A stretch of DNA of 55,108 nt, counting the filler, from Sphacelaria rigidula (lineage: Eukaryota): NCBI GenBank assembly GCA_964200075.2. It is 6 parts of 6 records of this genome, joined end to end, with 100 filler letters (N's around TTAATTAATTAA, not from the genome) between each part and the next. Parts side by side here need not be neighbours in the genome. Positions count along the whole stretch, not along the records: positions 46,010 to 55,108 come from CAXNAA020009298.1; 5 more parts are not named here. One strand, written 5' to 3'. The notes under the pieces are model-generated. The model ran no database searches. It was not told the DNA's origin and worked only from the letters and a program-made list of their open reading frames with translations. Made by a program: the position numbers and the translations under genes. This document shows, in pieces, positions 48,351 through 55,108 of the stretch. The first letter of the stretch is position 1, and every line of letters starts with the position of its first letter.

Positions 48351-50237
48351 AGACGTAGGCTCGTCCTTCCAACCTAGGTGGTTGTTTGGTTGATCGTTCG
48401 GTTGGTTGGTTGGTTGGTTGGTGGCCTCATAATCACTCATCTGTTGGGAATTACCCAGCCTCCGTTAAGTCATGAGATGGGTGTGCGCATCGTGTGCCGA
48501 AGGTGGGAATCAACAGTGAAAGTACTCGTAGTAGAGTGGAGACTCGAGCAGAAGAAGGAACTGGAATCTGTCCGCAAGACGGAACAAGAGCAATGCACAA
48601 GAGAAGGAACAGCAAAAAACACTAGCGACGGCAGATGGACAGAAAACCCGTCCAGGGCGCTGGGCAGGTTGTGAAGGAAGCATGGCCGTGGGAGAAGGCT
48701 GCGACTCAGCCATTGAGAAAACCGCATACTTCGAAGTATATTTTATCAACTTATTCTAAGGCTCTCGGAAGATGCGAAGGTGTACTCTGCAGTTGTCGTT
48801 TTCATATATATATACACACGCAGGCGTAAAAAGAAGGAATTGTGTTTTTATATTTCGTCATGTTATTTAATTCATTATATTTTATGTTGCTTTTTGGAAG
48901 AAAAAAAAAACAGGCATGAAAACAAAGAAGGCACGTTTTTTTTTACTTTATTTCATTTATTCATGTTATTTTCCGCCATTACATCATTCATCCTCACAGC
49001 AATCTGCGAGTGAAAGAGCTCAGTGAAGAAACGTCGTGCCTTTTCATTCAGATTTGTTTTAGTTTGCTCCTTACCGCACCGGAGGCTGAGCACGCCGAGT
49101 AGCGCAAAGGTTGCGCTTCGACATCTCTGACGCCGCGGTTACATATTTTGTGTTTTGGAACAGCGGATTCGAGAGTCTTCTTCGATTAGTTGTTTCAGAC
49201 AGATGATGCTTTGTCCGACGTGTGAAACGTTCGGCCTGGGCCAAACTCCACCTCTAGGGGTGACACGTGCGTCGACTTCTCACGTTTGACAGAACAAGTC
49301 CAACGGTGGGGAGTGTAATTTGACACTTGCACGTTTCCTCCCACCAGCATATGTAGTACATACATTACCGACTCCATGCGCCTTTTTAAAGGGCATGTCG
49401 CGTCTACCTTCAGCATACACAGACTGCCGCCCACGCGGTGTATATGCATCACAGCTGTGATTGCATACCCTGGACAACGAAGAATGTTGGCAAAAAGCGT
49501 ACTGCGTACGGTGTCGAATATTTTGGCCATTGTAATAGACAAAATATTCGATACTGTATACATTACACTTTTCGACCATGTAATTTGTTGTTCAGGGTGT
49601 GTATAATTATTGTTGTGATGAGGTAGGTCGCCAAGTATCATGTGCCTCTTCAAAGCGTGTGTCGACTTCTGACATGAGACTCGTTCAAGAGCTGGGCCAG
49701 CCAAGAAACGGATTCAAGCCCTCACAGCCATATCTCATCGGCACAGACGGATTGGGCCGTGATCTGCATATTTCATCAACCGTCTATTAAAGTGGAAGAT
49801 GCCCATCTGCTGAAAAAATCTGGGTCAATATTGTCTCGTTGATAAAACGCCGTGTCGAGTAATTCCCATACCGTACGGAGATGGGGTCCATACTAAAAAA
49901 AAGTCTTCTATAAAACCCCGAACAGTATATATACAATATAACGGATGATGTCGATTTTGTGTGTGAACATTCCTTCAAGCACAGGGAAACGATTAGGGCC
50001 CTCAGCTTCACCTGATTCGTTATCTATCTAGATATACGGCGCACATAAGGCTCCACACTGAACTTTGAATATTACTAGCAGACGCACTAAATGCACTAAA
50101 TGTCGATATCGCGTCTCAGTTTTTGAGTGCTGTGTTTTGAAATTTGAAATTTGGTATGGAGAATCGCCGTGGCATAGTGATGAGAAAAAGAACTTCAGCT
50201 CCTTGAGATTTTCATTTTTTATTATTTCCATTTCTTA

Positions 50238-50722
50238 GGTCGCTCCTTTTAGCAGACAAAAATAAAAATATAAAATTCGCGAAAAGTGCCTTTTTAGAGC
50301 TTTTACGTCGTTTTACGCCCTAAAAGAGAGCTAGGCGGAGTTTGATACCTTGGAATGACTTGCTCTACAACTCGAGGCGGTTCCAGGACATCTTCCCGTT
50401 TTCCGGTGGCCGCAGTTTCTATTTTGACCTAACAAGAATTTTTGTCCAAGACCCCTAAAAAACAGTCGAGTCTAGGAAATCGCCACTTTTCTCTGGACCT
50501 GACTGTTTTTTACCGTTCTTGGACGAAAATTCTTGTTTGGCCAAGATGAAAATTGCGGCCACCGGAGAACGGAAAGATGTCCTGGGACCGCCTCGAGTAG
50601 TAGAGCAAGTCATTCCAAGGTGTCGAACTGCGCCTAGCTCTCTTATGGGGCGTAAAACGCCGTAAAATCTCCAAAAAGGCACTTTTCGAGAGTTTTATTT
50701 CTGTCTGTTATAAGGAGCGGCC
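50238..50722. mobile_element. PIF/Harbinger (Tourist)-like MITE with ~225-bp inverted arms
   Basis: TTA|GGTCGCTCCTT...AAGGAGCGGCC|TTA. Arms are complementary nearly to the centre. It is nested in the repeat at 49680-50915. Confidence 0.8.
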
Positions 50723-51007
50723 TTAGAGGCGTTTTTGTGAAAAATGGACGTTGTTTTTGGCCCTTCTCTCAGTTTTTCAGCTCAGTTTTTAGGATTGCGA
50801 TTTGAAATTGAGTATGGAAAATCGCAAGGGCAAAATTGGAACAAAAAGAAGGTGGCCCTTAGTTTTTATTCTTATTAGTGAGTTAAGGACGTCCCCGTGA
50901 AAAAATGGTCTTTACCCTTTTCTGCGGGCTTTTCGAGTTATGTATGAGTGGTATGCTCCTTGCACTCTGTGACCCCGGGTTCGAGAGATCGAGCTAATGT
51001 GACGGAT

Positions 51008-51038
<31 letters not shown>

Positions 51039-52322
51039 CAATAACTAGTGGTAAGCCACGGCTGGCGCACGTGGCAGCACCGCCGCAGGTACCAACGCCA
51101 AGGTTCTCGCACGCGTGGTGGTTTTGAAAAAAATTGCGAGAAACGAAAACGACGTTAACCATAACTAATAAGTACAAAGTATAAGCAAATATGGGCTTCC
51201 AGCCCAACGGTCAACATGATGAGCGTTAGACACGCGGGCATTTGGCTGTTCCCAATATTCCTCCAGGGCGGTAAACTTTTCGAGCCTCCGGAGAAAGTAA
51301 ACGCCTCTGGAGGGGTGCGCGGCCCTCCAGGGCGGTAGTGTTTCGTTTCCTCCAGAGGGATAGAAGGCCTGCGGAGGCTTGTTTTGCCTCTGGAGGGCCG
51401 CGCATCCCTCCGGAGGCATTTTGGGGGGTAACCAAATGGCTGCGTGTGTAGGGGTGCAAAAGGCGGGGCGTTGCTAGCTTCCGAAAAGTGTCCGGGGTGT
51501 TTGGCGACACTCTACCAACCATCCTGAACCATCGCCCCTTTTCCTTCGTTTCTTGAGATACACTTGATTTTAGACTACATCCTTGACGGGAAAAAGTCGT
51601 GCGTGAAGGTAACGCTATTCCTATTCAGACGCCACATACGGCTCCGCACCTCTGAGACATTCCGGGGTTGATCCTTATTTCCACGTGCGTTTCAAGCCGA
51701 CCCTCGAAACCTGCAGAAATAATAGGCCATTGTCCGATCTTTCCTGCTGAGCGCGGGACGTGCCCTGGACAGGGCTAAAACCCAGTGGGTGCATTAGGGC
51801 TCGAAGTACACAAATCAAAAGTAGCCCACACGCTCCGGCCTTGTAGCTGGTGTGAAAATAATATCAAGAGTCGTTCGTTTGTTTGTTTGTTTGTTTTTCC
51901 TGCAAGGAGGATGTAAGGGTCAAAAGTTCTCCTGTATGCGTTCGTCGAGCAGGAGCATACTCAAAAGTACATACTCCACTCGACCTGCCCTTGAACTCTA
52001 ACCCTAACGTCCGCGAAGCAGAACATTTTTATGTGCACCCGGGTGCATCATCGACATCTGTGCAACCCAGGATTATGGCAAAAACACTTGTGGCTCGTCA
52101 ATGCCGCATGACCACCCCGACCGTGATGACATGGATAACATTTTCAATGCAGAGCCAGAACAACCAACGCAGAGTACAGGAGTACAATAACATGCTGCTG
52201 TACTCTCTCAGTGGCCTTTTCATCGAACGGGATTTCCCCCTTTTTTTTATTCGAATCCTCTTTCTTGGAAACAATCGCTGATTGGTCGCTGCGATGCCAT
52301 CCCCCCCCCTCCCCCCCCCCGG

Positions 52323-52388
52323 TGCTCCGTCTCGAAAGGAATGCGTGGTCAATGGTCAGATGACTAAGGCAAGCAACACATGAGAACG
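52323..52388 (+). mobile_element. 66-bp short element at a poly-C target
   Basis: Same sequence as 14764-14830, flanked on both sides by CCCCT(C)nGG. Confidence 0.78.
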
Positions 52389-52613
52389 CCCCTCCCCCCC
52401 CCCCCCCCCCCGGAAAATATCCTCAAACTCAAACGTGCCCAGAAATGCCCTGTTTTGGGGGGATTTCAGGCGGTTCAAAAGCACTTTCTGAAATCTCCTT
52501 TTGAGTAGGGGATTTCCGGACACCTTGAAGGGGAACATACATACAGTGCATGTCCGGTTGACACGGGCACATGGAAACGCTCACCACAAAACCCAACACA
52601 ATCAAAGCTGAAC

Positions 52614-52675
52614 CTGAGGAACTTGGTGCCCGCGCAAACCAAAAACACATAGCTTGAGCCGTAGCTGCTCATCAC
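52614..52675 (-). CDS. Possible isolated exon of a membrane protein
   Basis: gtgcacag|GTG...CAG|gttcag. Translation VMSSYGSSYVFLVCAGTKFL is hydrophobic. No partner exon was confirmed. Confidence 0.25.
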
Positions 52676-53081
52676 CTGTGCACGTTGTGCGTGACCCTGC
52701 TCAAATCTGTTCATAATTCATTGAAAAATGATGATATGAAAAGGGGGGAAAATCCCCTTCGATGAAGGCCCTTTCGATGAAGGCCCCTTCGATAAAGGGG
52801 CCTCATCTGTCACTACTCGTCGCGTGGCCGATCACCTTTCGTCTACGTGTCTTCCATCCGTTCGTAAATGAAGGAGCGATCTGTATTGATTGTTCCGATT
52901 CTCAAAGTTACTCGCTTACTTCTTCCCTTGTTTAGTGCACGCCGACTAATTATGAAGGGAAAAAAGCTGCCTCGCGCTTTGTTTGTTATGCCCAGCGGCG
53001 AAGAGAACCCCAGGTACAGAGCCTGACGTGTACCGCAGTAGCAACGTCATGGCGACTGCATTATGCTCTTCTGTTCGTTAA

Positions 53082-53179
53082 GCCTTTGACCGCGAGGGTA
53101 GGTCACCTGCTGAATCGGCATCAATTTCACTTGGAAATATGGGTCATCCAGATGAACTACCCGCATCACGGTCTAAGGG
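53082..53179. mobile_element. piggyBac-like mini-MITE, second copy
   Basis: TTAA|GCCTTTGACCGCGAGGGTAG...CGGTCTAAGGG|TGAA. The interior is the reverse complement of 46302-46398. Confidence 0.6.
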
Positions 53180-55053
53180 TGAATCGTATGGCGTCCATTG
53201 GTATTGCCATGGTGGCCGTGGCGTCTCTTCAGCAAAAATAGGCGATGTCGTACAGACAGGACGGTACACACGTGACAATGTAGATGGACCGAAGCCCAAC
53301 TAAAATACCCAGGACAGTACACAACTGTACAATACAGGGCATGCAGTGTCTTCTTCTCTTCCTCCTTCGCCCGCTGCGTTCCTTCGCTCGGTCCATGAAT
53401 ACCACTGAAGAATCAGATTCCATAAATCTCCGGAGAGCGTGATCTCTTGCTGTCGCCAGCTCTAAAATGTATCCTCTGTACCGGCAGGGTGTGTCACCTG
53501 GGTCTTGTACTCACTTTCCAAGTGAAGACTATGCCAAAACAACAGATAACCACACCCTGGACGATAGATTCCATTGTCAAAAAGTGTATGGGGGACAGTA
53601 TCGACTATTGCGTCTATTGCAATAAACAATAGATTCCATACTGTGCACAGTGCATTTTTTTACAATGAAATCTCTTGTCCAGGGTGCAGAGAACTCGCCC
53701 CGCGGGTGACACGTGCGTGATCCATGCTCTTTCATACACACAGTGAGTGCTACAGAGATGGCGTGGGGAACATGGCGGTATCGAGGTATAATGCAGCATA
53801 GCTGTGCAGTGGTCTGTCGCGCGATGAGAGAGTGCAATATCATGCTACTGTCCAATTGTACTATTATGCTGACTGCACTGTGGGTTGGTTGTGGTGGCTC
53901 CGATTTATAGTGTGAAAGCGTGACCCACGCCACCACGGTTGGGGTGTCCTGTGTTTTGTATATCCGGTGCCCACGTGAGCCACATACTTATCTCGAAAGT
54001 TCATCCGCTCAGGGGTACGCGTGAAGAAATTTAGTAAACGACCTGATGTTTCTGTTCGTATATCGCTCAGATCCAACAGTAAACATGAAAAAGGCTGCAC
54101 TGACTCTCTGTCCGCTTTCTCGGGGAAACGCTTCAAGTCTCCTTTTCCCGCGCTCTTGTAGTAGAACCATGACGCTGATCTGGGCAATCCCGCAAGGGAT
54201 GTCGGCAAGCTGGTTAAGTTGGCTTTGTATGCAGCAATTACCATTCCTGTGCTGTAATTTTGGCTTGTACATGAAGCAAGAGGCAAGGAGGGGCCGGTGG
54301 GTTGCAAAAACACGTGAAAATGTCGTCCGGGGGCGAGGAACAGCCACAAGAGCCATGGTGTGTCTATTATACTGTTCATACCGCAGTCCCACTACCGTAC
54401 ATATGGATCTACTGCACTGACTCTCTATCCGCTCCATCGGGGGAATGCTTCAACTCTCCTCCGGAAAGGATGTCAGCAAGCTGGTTAAGTTGGCTTTGTA
54501 TGCGGCATTTTATTACCTTTCTTGTCATACAGATAGTAGAGATACTGTACACGCTCTTGTCTTTCAGTGCTCTCGCCATACCACTGATCATCCGATCCTG
54601 CAAGGGAGCTACCGTACCCTGATCATCCGATCCCGTGGAAGGAGCTAATACACTGTACATACTGTACTCTACAGTATAGTGCTACTCTTGTACAGTATAT
54701 TTGATGGAAGAAAACCTCTGCCATTCACGTGGGGCAACCCTTCCTCTCTCAGTAAAACACTGGATTGTTGTGCACGGGTGCAGTACGTCGTTTCGGTGCT
54801 GTGCAAACAACGGGGTTTTCAAATTCCATGAGTATCCATAAAACCTGACCGATCACCGCGGATCATCTTTCGGCCTGGTTCTGCAGAACCAAAAAGAAGA
54901 GTGACAATTTTCTCCTCTTCAGTCCGAGTGTCTGGTACAAAAAATTGTTCCGATAAGGATCATTTCTGACTTGTCCAGAGTATGGGTAATCCGGACACCC
55001 TCCTACTTGATTGCAGTGTGGGAGCTGGTGACATTACGCTATTGATAAATAGG

Positions 55054-55108
<55 letters not shown>
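55054..55108. repeat. (TAA)n microsatellite
   Basis: Directly visible. Confidence 0.95.

Overview
Eukaryotic, intron-rich DNA. The repeat and gene style suggests a brown alga or related stramenopile, which is an inference. The window is not one locus: it is six contigs of about 9.1 kb (1-9102, 9203-18304, 18405-27506, 27607-36708, 36809-45909, 46010-end) joined by artificial N44-TTAATTAATTAA-N44 linkers. Spliced gene fragments recognised: a MYND zinc finger plus class I SAM methyltransferase gene (-) head-to-head with a cysteinyl-tRNA synthetase (+); a complete 3-exon tRNA-splicing endonuclease subunit Sen54 (-) head-to-head with ribosomal protein L7a/eL8 (+); axonemal dynein heavy chain exons (+); and the first exon of TFIIIC subunit 1 (-). 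The rest is a decayed Ty3/Gypsy pol, RTE-like LINE fragments, a tRNA-derived SINE, several MITE families and microsatellites. The most interesting observations are the apparent MYND/seven-beta-strand methyltransferase fusion, and a ~66-bp structured element present in 8 copies that sits at poly-C tracts with ~17-20 bp target-site duplications. Family assignments are from remembered motifs only; no database searches were run.
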